Below, piece by piece: positions 43,592-52,791 of a stretch of 64,000 nucleotides of DNA. The translations under genes and the position numbers were made by a program. A model generated the notes under the pieces. That model did no database searches. It was not told the DNA's origin and saw nothing but the letters and a program-made list of their open reading frames with translations. The DNA lies in the sequence record ON529857.1; one strand, written 5' to 3'. Position 1 is the first letter of the stretch, and each line of letters begins with the position of its first letter.

Positions 43592-43885
43592 TTACCGCTC
43601 CGGGCGGCTCTGGGGTTCCGGATCGCGCGGCGACTGGGTCTCGAAAACAAAAGGCGGCGTCGGAAGCGGCGTCCACCACTCGTGGTATCCAGGCCAGCCG
43701 CCCAGATTGATGTCCTGTTCGAAATCGCCGATCGACAGGACATAGCCTCGGCCCAGATCGAGCGGCGTCCCCACATAGGGCGCCTCCGTCACCGGACAGG
43801 TCCACCACAGGACGTCGCCCATGTCCTCATGCCATTCACTGATATGGCGCGCCGTCCCTGCGGCGGGGCGCTCCATCACAGGCAC
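43592..43885 (-). CDS. hypothetical protein
   Basis: Trp/Pro-rich, EWHEDMGDVLWW...GTPLD...WPGYHEWWTPLP. Confidence 0.65.
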   Translation of the reverse strand: MPVMERPAAGTARHISEWHEDMGDVLWWTCPVTEAPYVGTPLDLGRGYVLSIGDFEQDINLGGWPGYHEWWTPLPTPPFVFETQSPRDPEPQSRPER

Positions 43886-44811
43886 TCGTTCGGCACGAAC
43901 TTGCGGAACTGTGCGAAGCCCTGGAAGTTGCCCTGGACCCAGTCCGGCTCATCCAGCATGACGATGCGCGCCTGGTGTTCCAGCGGCGAGGCGTGCAGGG
44001 GCTCCGCGCCGGCCAGGCGCAGGTAGAGCTCCAGATCGGTGTCGATCTCGGGGCGTTTGCCGTCATGCTTGGAGTAGCTGACGCGGCAGCAGCGCGCCGT
44101 CGAGATCGCCAGGAGCAGCGCCGTTTCCGGCGTCACGCGCTCGAACAGGCCGTTCATGTTGTCGACCGAGCACAGCGTGTCAATGATGGTGACCGCGAAG
44201 TCGCTGAAGCGACGGCGATTGACCAGCTCGGCGACATCGGCGCGGTCCTGTTCCGTCACATAGGGCAGGTGCCATTCGCCCTCGCCCAGCAACTTCGGCT
44301 GCGCTTCGGCGCGGGCCTGCTTGATCGCCTGGGCCAGGTGCATGATTTCGTCCTGAGCGTCAGTGTGATCGCGCAGGGCGTCGAAGTTCGACCAGTTGGT
44401 GGCGGTGACCACCACCTCGATATAGCCGAACCATTCCAGAGGACGATTGACCCACTGTTTGTGGATGTTCAGCCCGTCCTTGGCGGCGAGAAGGCGCGTC
44501 TTCTCCAAAATGAAGTCGGCCATTTCGCGCCAGATCAGCTCCGCCTCGGCCTGCTTTTCGGCCGTCAGGAAACCGCCCGGCTGCATGCCCGGCTGGTTGA
44601 CGCGAAACTGCGGCACGTAAATGTCGGCGTCGCGCACCGTCAAGGAGGTGTGCGGGATGGCGCGGCTGGAAGAAGCGTTGCGCGAGAAGACCCGGTGGGT
44701 CATGAAGTCGGCATGCACCATGCGCGGATAACGCAGCTGCAAGGTGTCGATGCGATCGCCGTCCTCGGTCATGGAGGAAGCGATGGATTTGGCGGTGATT
44801 TGCGGGATCAT
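43876..44811 (-). CDS. thyX: FAD-dependent thymidylate synthase
   Basis: HADFMTHRVFSRNASSSRAIP, HKQWVNRPLE, ARCCRVSY, HASPLEHQA. Confidence 0.88.
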   Translation of the reverse strand: MIPQITAKSIASSMTEDGDRIDTLQLRYPRMVHADFMTHRVFSRNASSSRAIPHTSLTVRDADIYVPQFRVNQPGMQPGGFLTAEKQAEAELIWREMADFILEKTRLLAAKDGLNIHKQWVNRPLEWFGYIEVVVTATNWSNFDALRDHTDAQDEIMHLAQAIKQARAEAQPKLLGEGEWHLPYVTEQDRADVAELVNRRRFSDFAVTIIDTLCSVDNMNGLFERVTPETALLLAISTARCCRVSYSKHDGKRPEIDTDLELYLRLAGAEPLHASPLEHQARIVMLDEPDWVQGNFQGFAQFRKFVPNECL

Positions 44812-44819
44812 GTCCTGCC

Positions 44820-45380
44820 TCAGTAAGAAATGGCGTCGAGCAGGAGCGCCTCGCCGGCCTGGTGAAGGTCCGCGACGGTGCGCTCGTTGTAGATGGTCCA
44901 GTCCGCTTCGACCTGATCGATCTCAATCTCGGACTGGTGCAGCGAGTAGAGGTCGTTGCGCGTGCGGCGCGGATCGACCACCTTGATGATCCGCCCGCCC
45001 ATGGCGCGGATCATCGCCGCCTCATTGACGAACCGGCAATCCGAGCACACTACGCCCGGCGCCCCGGCCTGGATCGCCGCATCGGCCGAACGCCGGAAGG
45101 CCTCGACCCAGGTGTCGTCCAGGTAGGCCCGGAACATCTCGGTGCCGATGCGTTGCATCAGCTCGCGCGGCGACTTGTAGGGATAACGCTGAAGCGGCGT
45201 TTCCTTCAGGACCGGGTCCAGCATCTCCTTCATCGACACGCCATAGACGGTGGTGCACGCCTCCCGCAGCGGATCAGCGAAGTTGACATGGGCGTAGCCG
45301 CGCCGGGTCAGCACTTCAGCCAGGGTGGATTTGCCGTGGCCGCGTTTGCCGGTGATCGCCACGAGGGGGTAGGGACGCAT
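44820..45380 (-). CDS. deoxynucleoside monophosphate kinase
   Basis: ITGKRGHGKST, FADPLR, SPRELMQRIGTE, SDCRFVNEA, HQSE. Confidence 0.9.
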   Translation of the reverse strand: MRPYPLVAITGKRGHGKSTLAEVLTRRGYAHVNFADPLREACTTVYGVSMKEMLDPVLKETPLQRYPYKSPRELMQRIGTEMFRAYLDDTWVEAFRRSADAAIQAGAPGVVCSDCRFVNEAAMIRAMGGRIIKVVDPRRTRNDLYSLHQSEIEIDQVEADWTIYNERTVADLHQAGEALLLDAISY

Positions 45381-45395
45381 GTGATCGCACTCGCA

Positions 45396-46742
45396 CTAGA
45401 TGAGGATTTTGATGGTTTCGGCCGCGCGGGTGATGCCGGTGTAGAGGTGCTTGTCCGCGTCCTCGCGGAAGCTGCTCGACTCGTCGATCAAGACGATATG
45501 GTCCGACTGCGACCCCTGATAGTTGTGCACCGTCAAGGCGGCGGCGAAGTCCAGCTGGATCAGACGCTGCTTGGCCTTGTAGGCGCTGCGGCTGTCGGTG
45601 GTGAAGCTGTTCTTCTTGGTCGTGTAGTGCTCTTCGAACAGGCCCTGGAACACGGCCTTGTCCTGATAGGTGGCGCCGTCTTCATCCGTGAAGGACATCC
45701 GACAGGCGGTCTGTCCGGGTCGAAGCGTGACTTCTTCGGTCAGGCACGTCACCAGGGCGCCGTTCACCAGGGCCGGGTGTTCCTTGGAGTTCTTGCGCAC
45801 GATCAGTGGCTCGCCGCCGATCGGTCCGACCGGCAGGCCTTCACGCACCATGCGGGTCACCTTCCAACGCGTCTTGTTGGTGCCGCACAGCACCTGAGGC
45901 GCCTCGGCTTCGGGGTCTTTCAGGCGTCCGTGGTAGGAATCGACCACCCAGTCGACGTCATAGTCGGAGCGGTACGCCACCTCGGCGCGGAGCACGCCCG
46001 CCGGATCACGGTATTCACCGCGCGGCAGGTCCTTGCCCTGGCGCGCCAGGGTGGCGAGATGGATGATCGGGTTGTCGGCCGCCTGACGATGGATTTCCGT
46101 CAGGAAGAAGTCCGGGTCCCCCGCCGTCAGACCCGGCTTGTCGCCGACCGGCGGCAGCTGCCCAGGGTCGCCCATGGCGATGACCGGAACGCCAAACGAC
46201 AACAGGTCTTGCGCCATCTGCCAGCCGACCATGGACGATTCATCGACCACGATGACTTCAGCCAGGGCGATGGGGCTGTCGACGTTCAGTTGGAAGTTGA
46301 TCTTGTCTTCGATGTAGACGTTCTCAAGGTCCGCTTCCAGGCGCTGGATCGCCCGCATGATCCGCTCCAGGGCCGCCGCGTCGCCGCCCTGTTTGATCAG
46401 TTTGTCTCGGTCCACCTGGTGGGCGTAGAGCTCGCTTTCCAGCTGAGCGACCGGGGCGGGTTTTGCGCGATAGATGGCCGAGTGGATCGTGGTCGCGATC
46501 GAATTCGGATAGTGCTGCGCCCGCAGCTTGTTGCGCATGATCTTGGCCGCCTTGCCGGTCGGCGCGCAGAAGGCGACCTTGTGGGGATCAAACCCCAGGT
46601 CTTCCAGAATGAACGGAAGAATGGTCGACTTACCCGTCCCGGCGTATCCGCCGATATAGGTCAATTTCTCAGGGTATGCGCCGCGCAGTCGCGACACCAC
46701 GGTGCGCACCGCATCGCCCTGGTGTTCGGAAAGAGTGGTCAT
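45396..46742 (-). CDS. RecD/Dda-like SF1B helicase
   Basis: GGYAGTGKST, CAPTGKAA, TIHSAIY, VDESSMV, GDPGQLPPV, TEIHRQ, TVHNYQGSQ, LYTGITRA. Confidence 0.92.
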   Translation of the reverse strand: MTTLSEHQGDAVRTVVSRLRGAYPEKLTYIGGYAGTGKSTILPFILEDLGFDPHKVAFCAPTGKAAKIMRNKLRAQHYPNSIATTIHSAIYRAKPAPVAQLESELYAHQVDRDKLIKQGGDAAALERIMRAIQRLEADLENVYIEDKINFQLNVDSPIALAEVIVVDESSMVGWQMAQDLLSFGVPVIAMGDPGQLPPVGDKPGLTAGDPDFFLTEIHRQAADNPIIHLATLARQGKDLPRGEYRDPAGVLRAEVAYRSDYDVDWVVDSYHGRLKDPEAEAPQVLCGTNKTRWKVTRMVREGLPVGPIGGEPLIVRKNSKEHPALVNGALVTCLTEEVTLRPGQTACRMSFTDEDGATYQDKAVFQGLFEEHYTTKKNSFTTDSRSAYKAKQRLIQLDFAAALTVHNYQGSQSDHIVLIDESSSFREDADKHLYTGITRAAETIKILI

Positions 46743-46812
46743 ATCCGGGCGTGTTCATCTTGACATCCGACGCCGTCGATCTTGGCGATCGGTTCCGTCA
46801 GGATTGGAATCG

Positions 46813-46844
46813 AAAAGAAAGCCCCGCCGCCGAAGCGGCGGGGC
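46813..46844 (-). terminator. terminator after the putative ssb gene
   Basis: GCCCCGCCGC-TTCG-GCGGCGGGGC-TTTCTTTT on the minus strand. Confidence 0.85.
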
Positions 46845-46860
46845 GTTCACTCAAGGTCGC

Positions 46861-47709
46861 TTAGAAGCGGCGACCACGAGGCGCAGCGGCGGGAGCCGCA
46901 GCCGCCGGGGCGGGCTTGGGCTCTTCAGCCGGCGCGGCGTTCGCCGCGCGGCCGGCGCCGGTCGACAGCGGCGCTTCACGACGTCCGCCTCGACGGACCG
47001 GCTCAGCCGGCACTTCTTCAACGACGGCTTCTTCGATTTCCGGAGCCGGCAGAGCCGCACGCTCTTCGACGGCGCCGCCCAGGGCGTCTTCATAGTCGTC
47101 CGGAGCACCTTCCTGATAGGAGAGGAACTCCTCGCGGGTGATCCAGCCGACGATGCGGAATTCCGGAGCGTGCTTGCGCAGCTTGCGGCCGCCTTCCTTC
47201 GGCGTGAACTCGAAGGTGGTCGAGCCCATCGACACGACCGGGACCATGCCGGGGTTCAGCTTGAACTGGCGACCGAAGTCCTTGATCACCGCTTCGAGCG
47301 CGCGGCTCTTGGACTTGTTGTTCGCCTGGAACAGCAGGGTCAGGGCTTCGCCTTCGATCGTGGTGAACTCGATCGTCTTCTGCTCCGACCAGCCGTCGTC
47401 CGGGCCGTAGGGACCGTGATCGGGCAGGTGGCCTTCCACCGGCGGCTTGCCTTCGGCGATGCCCAGCATGATCTCTTCCTGGACCTTGCCGCCCTTCCAG
47501 CAAATCCAGCCGCGCTTGAAGCTGTCGAGGTCCATGGCGGCCTGGGTGCCCGCCTCGAACGGCGTGTCGTCGGCGCCGTAGACGTAGGTGCCGTCGTTGC
47601 CGCTGAATTTCAGGAACAGCTTGTTGCTGCCGCCGCCGCTGTAGCTCTGGGCCTCAGCGGCCAGCGCGGCGTAGTAATCCTCGTGAGAGGTGATGAGAGC
47701 ATTGCTCAT
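46861..47709 (-). CDS. putative single-stranded DNA-binding protein
   Basis: Lies in the polymerase/nuclease/helicase module; aromatic-rich beta core; long acidic Ala/Pro tail; SSB role inferred from context. Confidence 0.55.
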   Translation of the reverse strand: MSNALITSHEDYYAALAAEAQSYSGGGSNKLFLKFSGNDGTYVYGADDTPFEAGTQAAMDLDSFKRGWICWKGGKVQEEIMLGIAEGKPPVEGHLPDHGPYGPDDGWSEQKTIEFTTIEGEALTLLFQANNKSKSRALEAVIKDFGRQFKLNPGMVPVVSMGSTTFEFTPKEGGRKLRKHAPEFRIVGWITREEFLSYQEGAPDDYEDALGGAVEERAALPAPEIEEAVVEEVPAEPVRRGGRREAPLSTGAGRAANAAPAEEPKPAPAAAAPAAAPRGRRF

Positions 47710-47983
47710 GTGGGGTCTGACTCTAACTCTAAACCTAACTACTAGGTCTATTTCTAAGGGGTGCCCGGCCAGTAATCCGGCCGGGCATGCTAAGGCTTCG
47801 TCTATGCCTAACTGCTAGTCGCTGCTTCTTATTACTATCGGCTAACTGACTAAAACTAAACTACTACACTACTCGACACTTTTCAACTAACTTCTACACC
47901 TAACCAGAACTATTATTCTAACTCTAGGTTACTACTCTACTAACCGCTAACCACTAAATACTAACTGACTTCTAGGTTACGCT
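47710..47983 (-). other. strand-skewed, AT-rich non-coding leader with CTAA/CTA(C) repeats and one GC hairpin
   Basis: Plus strand nearly devoid of G over about 270 nt; hairpin GTGCCCGGCC-N8-GGCCGGGCAT near 47760-47790. Confidence 0.85.
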
Positions 47984-49078
47984 TTACTCTTCAGGGCCTT
48001 TTGGACCGTTCTCCCGGAACGTGAGGCGATCGTGACCGTCCGACGTCTTGGTGAATTCCTCCACCGGAAGCCCAGCGACCCGCATAGCTTCGACATCGTA
48101 AGTCGTCCTGCCCTTGATCCAGGAGAGGGACACCTTGGCGAATCCCGGAACCTCCGCTCTTCGCACCCCTGTTTGCCGGAACCATTCCTTCAACCTTTCG
48201 GTCGCTTTCCTGTGTTCCGTCTCCGAGGCCTTGCGAGCGTCGGCGGCCGCACGTTCATCCCGCAGGATGGCCTCGAATTCTTCCATGATCGGCAGCGGCG
48301 TATTCTCGAAGTTGGCGTGACCGCTCGTCGGGGTCGCCGCCGCCGTGGCCTTGGCGCACGCGCTGGTGAAGGGGCAGTAGTCGCAACCGCCCTCCACCTT
48401 ACCTTCGGGAAAAATGTCGCTGGCGTTCTTGATAGTGTAGACGGATCGCGCTCTTTCCTTCGCGGCGTCGTAGGTCCTCTGGTCGAACGGGACCACGAAG
48501 ATTTCGATGTCGTCAAAGAAAGAAGCGTCGATGTAAACGATCACAGCATAGGCGGGCTTATACTGCGTTGTTTCACGCGTAATACCCATCTGGATCATCA
48601 CTTGCCCCCGGTGAATGCTTTTCTCTTCGCGTAGATTTACGCGGGGGTCGATGGATTTGATCTCGAAATTGAAGCACCCCGCACCGCCCAGGCTGGGAAC
48701 GCCGTAGAGCGCCAGGGCGTCGTCGTCGGCGTCGATCACCAGCCCGTCCGGCGTGGCGGTCAGGGGGGCGTCCGGCGCCTTGAGCGTCTGCTGATTGTCG
48801 CCGCCCCAGATCAGGCGCGTGTCGTAGTAGTAGTTCTCCAGGAACCACTTCACGCCCGGCTCGGCGAAATACTGTTCGATCAGGTCACCGCGTTGCAGGG
48901 CGCCCCAGCTGTCCTTGTAGTCCGAATTCTTCTCGCCGCCGTTCTTGGCGAACCAGGCCTTACGCAGACAACCGAATGCCTCGGAAGCCCCCATGGTCTT
49001 GGAGCGGTCGTGCGCCCAGACCTTCTGGTGACCCTTGACAAAGGTGTCGTAGGCTTCCTTGAAGTCGATAACGGCCAT
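47984..49078 (-). CDS. PD-(D/E)XK / Cas4-like exonuclease
   Basis: GASEAFGCLRK, GDLIE, ATPDGL, FEIKS, HRGQVMIQM, CDYCPFTSAC. Confidence 0.82.
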   Translation of the reverse strand: MAVIDFKEAYDTFVKGHQKVWAHDRSKTMGASEAFGCLRKAWFAKNGGEKNSDYKDSWGALQRGDLIEQYFAEPGVKWFLENYYYDTRLIWGGDNQQTLKAPDAPLTATPDGLVIDADDDALALYGVPSLGGAGCFNFEIKSIDPRVNLREEKSIHRGQVMIQMGITRETTQYKPAYAVIVYIDASFFDDIEIFVVPFDQRTYDAAKERARSVYTIKNASDIFPEGKVEGGCDYCPFTSACAKATAAATPTSGHANFENTPLPIMEEFEAILRDERAAADARKASETEHRKATERLKEWFRQTGVRRAEVPGFAKVSLSWIKGRTTYDVEAMRVAGLPVEEFTKTSDGHDRLTFRENGPKGPEE

Positions 49079-49107
49079 AAAATTACGTGACTCAATACCC
49101 GGCCCGA

Positions 49108-49695
49108 TTAAGCTGCGCGGGCAAAATCCTGGAGGTAGTAGAAGAGATCGCGGCAATCCTTGACGTCGCCCACAGCGCGGTGAGCGGCCGTCGGCGCGCG
49201 ATCCAGAAGATGCGGGATCGCCAATTCCAGCTTGGGCCAAGCATAGCCCTTCTTGCCGAACTTGGAGGGGAACTTGCAGACCGGAACCGCAGCCAGCATG
49301 GTGCAGAACGGCTTCTTGCCGGCGAACACGTCAATCTTGGGATTGCCCGAGATGAGCCGCGCCGCATTGTTGATCACGTTGACATCGAACTCGATATTGT
49401 GCGCCACCATCAATTCGGCTGCCATGACCATGTCGCAGAACACGTCCAGCGCGGCGTTCTCGCCGACGCCGATCGCCTGAGACTTCTCCGTCGTGGTGCC
49501 GTGCACCTTGGCGGAGGCATCCGGGATCGGCTGATCCCGATACACGATCAAGTCGATGCGCATGACCTCTTCACGCGCCTCCAGGTCTTCCAGGATGGCG
49601 GCGATCTGAACGATGCGCGGTTGATCTTCATGGCCGCATGGAAGATTCTTGTCCCACAGGCCGGTGGTCTCGGTGTCGAAGAACAGCCCCAACAT
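49108..49695 (-). CDS. DEDDh 3'-5' exonuclease (DnaQ-like)
   Basis: FFDTETTG, VAHNIEFD, PKLELA, AHRAVGDV. Confidence 0.9.
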   Translation of the reverse strand: MLGLFFDTETTGLWDKNLPCGHEDQPRIVQIAAILEDLEAREEVMRIDLIVYRDQPIPDASAKVHGTTTEKSQAIGVGENAALDVFCDMVMAAELMVAHNIEFDVNVINNAARLISGNPKIDVFAGKKPFCTMLAAVPVCKFPSKFGKKGYAWPKLELAIPHLLDRAPTAAHRAVGDVKDCRDLFYYLQDFARAA

Positions 49696-50168
49696 CAGGC
49701 GTTGTCCTCTTCACTGCGCTTGCGGATCATATCGTGCAGGTAGGAGACGCTGGAGGCGATGTCGCTCTGAACCTTCGGGTCAGGTTTGTGCGCGTCTTCA
49801 GCCGCCTTGGCTGCGCCTTGCAGGGCCAGCTGCGCGTAGAGCGCCAGGAACTGGACCGCATCCATGAGGCGCTGGGTCTTCAGCGCCGATCGCGCCGTCA
49901 GGTAGTCAAGCATCAGGGCGCGGATGCCCATGAACAGGAACCAATAGACGCCGAAACCGATGACGGCCCAGCGCAGACCTTCGGAGACCGGCTTCACCCA
50001 GCCGAACCCGGCCAAAACCAGCCAGGCAGTGAAGATGAGGCCGCCGCCCATCATGATCAGGGAGATCGTGGCGCGGAACTGGTCGCTGATCGAACGAAAA
50101 GCCACACCGAGGTGCACAGTGGGCTGCGCGTCTTCCGCCGGTTTTTCGGGAGTGGAGGTGTCAGTCAT
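49695..50168 (-). CDS. hypothetical membrane protein
   Basis: Two hydrophobic helices; GAGAG RBS; promoter TTGACA-17-TTAACA upstream. Confidence 0.7.
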   Translation of the reverse strand: MTDTSTPEKPAEDAQPTVHLGVAFRSISDQFRATISLIMMGGGLIFTAWLVLAGFGWVKPVSEGLRWAVIGFGVYWFLFMGIRALMLDYLTARSALKTQRLMDAVQFLALYAQLALQGAAKAAEDAHKPDPKVQSDIASSVSYLHDMIRKRSEEDNA

Positions 50169-50238
50169 GTCGCTCTCAAAGGGGACGGTAGTTGTTAACC
50201 ATTTCTGGCAGTGATTGTCAATATTTCCCACACTCGGA

Positions 50239-52710
50239 TTAGTGGGTCTCGGACCACCTACGTCCGAACTTGACGTCGACGTCGACGGGGCAGCGGAAGC
50301 CGAACTGCATCCCGGCGTCATAGGCCGCCGCTTCGATGTTGCGTTCGCAGATTTCCCGGATACGGGGATCGTCGCGAACCGCCACCTGAAGTTCGTCGTG
50401 AATCCAGGCGACGATCGCGAAATCGCCGTCCCAGCCGTGAGTGAGGCCGTCTTCCAGGCAGTATTCGTGGAAGTTCACGCACCACTGCTTGGCGATGGTC
50501 GCCCCAGCGCCTTGCAGCAGGGTGTTGAGCGCGGCGTGCTGGGCGCGCACGAACAGCTTGCGCCCGTCCAGCGCATCCAGCATGCCCGACCGGGACTGAC
50601 GCTGGATGTTCTTGACCACCTGGCCCAGAGCGGGAATTCGCGTCATGAGGCGACGGCGCATTTCGGCACCGACCGACTTGGCCTGGGTCGGCTTCAGCGC
50701 CAGCGCCGGATCAATGACCGTGCCCAGCTTGAAGTCCTGGGCGCCGTAGATCAGGGCGTAGATGAAGGTCTTGGCGGTGTCGCGGTTGTTCAGCTCCAGA
50801 ACCGAGGTATGCAGGTCGTGCGGGTCGGCGTCGACCACCAGGCGGGCATAGACTCCGTCATCGTACTCGGCCATGAAGTGACCGAGCGCACGCAGTTCGA
50901 TGCCCTTCTGGTCGGCGCCCATCAGCACCCACCCTTCCGGCACGATGAAGAGATTCCGGCTGTTCCAGCCGTGGTCCCCGCAACGTCCCTTCAGCATCTG
51001 CTTCTTGGTCGCCACCTTGCCGTCTTCGATTTCGTAGACGCCTTCGCGACCATCCAGCTGGATGATTTGGCGGTAGACGCCCTTCTCGTCGGTATAACCG
51101 TCAAGCAGCTGCCCATCAGCGTCGAAGAGCGGTTCGTTGGTTCGCACCTTCTTGGGCGTTCCGGCGATCTGATCTCCCGTCAGCGGGTCGAGCAGCGGCG
51201 TGAGATCGGTGCGCTGATCGAAGCGTCGAACGCCGCCCTCCTCGACCCAATAGCCGTAGACGATCTTGCCCTGGACAAAGTCGATCTCGACACCGGGATC
51301 GACCCACTGCTTCAGCTTCTTGAAGACGACGCGAGGGACCTGGGCGATGTTCGGGTTGGCGTGCGAGGCGCGGTTGGTGACGGTCCCGCCGACGTTGAAC
51401 GTGGCGTGAATCTTCCCGTCGCCGCGCTCCATCGCCTTGCCGATCCAGCCGTTCTTGCCGTCGACAAGCTGGCCCAGGCGCTTCTTGTAATAGAAGAGCT
51501 CCGCCAGTTCGTCGCAGATCGGAATGGTCTGGGCGAGGTCGCGCAGGATTTCATCGTTAACCGCGATGCCTCCGGTCTCGGTCCGATCCCGATCGTCGTG
51601 GTCCCAGCCGTAGATTTTCTCCAGGCGGTCGATGATCTGGGGGCGCGACGAAGGGTTGAACTCCTTGAGCTCCACCGGGCAATAGGCGCACCCGGCCTCC
51701 TTGTCCGCCTTGCCCGATCCAGGCTTGAACTTCATCGACTTCTTGGGGACGGTGATCTCGCCCCAGTTGTGTCGCCCAGCGTCCTCGCCGTGCTCGCCGC
51801 GCGGTTCGAACTCCTTCTTGGTCTTGACGATCTTGCCGGCGTCATCCAGCTGCGGCTTGCCCGTCTCAGGATCGATGACCTCGACGGTATAGGCCTTGCC
51901 GATCGTCTTCCACTTGGACGGCACCCACCAGCTGCCGAAGTGCGCGATCGCCTTGGCTTCCTTCTCCGCCACGACCGCACGCAGCTCCGCCTCCAGGGCG
52001 TAGGCCTGCTCCATGTCGAAGGGGAAGCCGTTGTTGGTGACCTCCTCCATCAGGGCGTGGATGCGGTGTTCCAGCGTGATCGACTGATCCGAATGGCGGC
52101 GCGGGTTGGCCTCCATCAGACGCCAGAGCGCCTCGTTGACATTCAAGTCCTGAACGCAGTAGTCCTCCATCTCCTGGTTCCATTCGGACCAGACGAGTCG
52201 GATGATTTCCTGCTTATCGGCGTCGGGGTAGAGTTTCTTCAGCTCTTCGGCGCGGGTCTTAGAGTAGTCGCCCTTGTGATGGCCCAGGCGCTGACCCCAG
52301 GCCTCCAAGCCGTGACGACCGATTTCCTTGCCCTCGATTTCCCCGCGTTGGAAGCGCCTAAAGTCGCGCTCCTTTTCATCAGCGAAGAAAACTCGACTGA
52401 GGACGAGAGTATCGCGAACAAGAGCGTTGCACTGATACTCAGGGTAAAGAAGTTCAATCACCGGAATATCGAATCCGATGATGTTGTGCCCAACAAGAAC
52501 GTCAGCTTCCGCCAACATCTTTACACCACGGGCGATCGAATCTTGCCGCTTATTCTTGCGGAAGACATGCGTGACCCCCGTGTCGAGGTCTCGAATAGCC
52601 AGAAGGTGGATGCGGCTCAGAACATCGTTACCTTTATGCTGCTTCAGGTAAGGCAGCAGTCCGGTGGTTTCGATGTCGAAGAGATACGTCTTGCCGGGGG
52701 GCAGCAGCAT
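50239..52710 (-). CDS. polA: family A DNA polymerase (T7-like) with a 3'-5' exonuclease domain
   Basis: FDIETTG, GHNIIGFD, TVTNRASHANPN, motif A GADQKGIELR, motif B RDTAKTFIYALIYG, motif C WIHDE. Confidence 0.95.
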   Translation of the reverse strand: MLLPPGKTYLFDIETTGLLPYLKQHKGNDVLSRIHLLAIRDLDTGVTHVFRKNKRQDSIARGVKMLAEADVLVGHNIIGFDIPVIELLYPEYQCNALVRDTLVLSRVFFADEKERDFRRFQRGEIEGKEIGRHGLEAWGQRLGHHKGDYSKTRAEELKKLYPDADKQEIIRLVWSEWNQEMEDYCVQDLNVNEALWRLMEANPRRHSDQSITLEHRIHALMEEVTNNGFPFDMEQAYALEAELRAVVAEKEAKAIAHFGSWWVPSKWKTIGKAYTVEVIDPETGKPQLDDAGKIVKTKKEFEPRGEHGEDAGRHNWGEITVPKKSMKFKPGSGKADKEAGCAYCPVELKEFNPSSRPQIIDRLEKIYGWDHDDRDRTETGGIAVNDEILRDLAQTIPICDELAELFYYKKRLGQLVDGKNGWIGKAMERGDGKIHATFNVGGTVTNRASHANPNIAQVPRVVFKKLKQWVDPGVEIDFVQGKIVYGYWVEEGGVRRFDQRTDLTPLLDPLTGDQIAGTPKKVRTNEPLFDADGQLLDGYTDEKGVYRQIIQLDGREGVYEIEDGKVATKKQMLKGRCGDHGWNSRNLFIVPEGWVLMGADQKGIELRALGHFMAEYDDGVYARLVVDADPHDLHTSVLELNNRDTAKTFIYALIYGAQDFKLGTVIDPALALKPTQAKSVGAEMRRRLMTRIPALGQVVKNIQRQSRSGMLDALDGRKLFVRAQHAALNTLLQGAGATIAKQWCVNFHEYCLEDGLTHGWDGDFAIVAWIHDELQVAVRDDPRIREICERNIEAAAYDAGMQFGFRCPVDVDVKFGRRWSETH

Positions 52711-52791
52711 GGGTCGTCAGCCGGATAGAAAGGAAGTCTTAGGCCGCAAGGCCTGGGCGCATGGAGGACGGGTTCGCCGTCCTCCGCTCAG

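Noticed and set aside
47710-47983. Stop-codon reassignment suggested by the many TAG triplets
   Set aside because: Genes elsewhere end normally in TAG, TAA or TGA and are uninterrupted; no suppressor tRNA was found in the window
47984-49078. Cas4 as evidence of a CRISPR-Cas system
   Set aside because: Solo Cas4-like nucleases are common in phage replication modules; no cas1/cas2 or array is present
52260-52660. Lower-GC stretch in the polymerase as a possible intron or homing endonuclease
   Set aside because: The frame stays open and encodes the normal exonuclease motifs; no splice or intein signatures were seen
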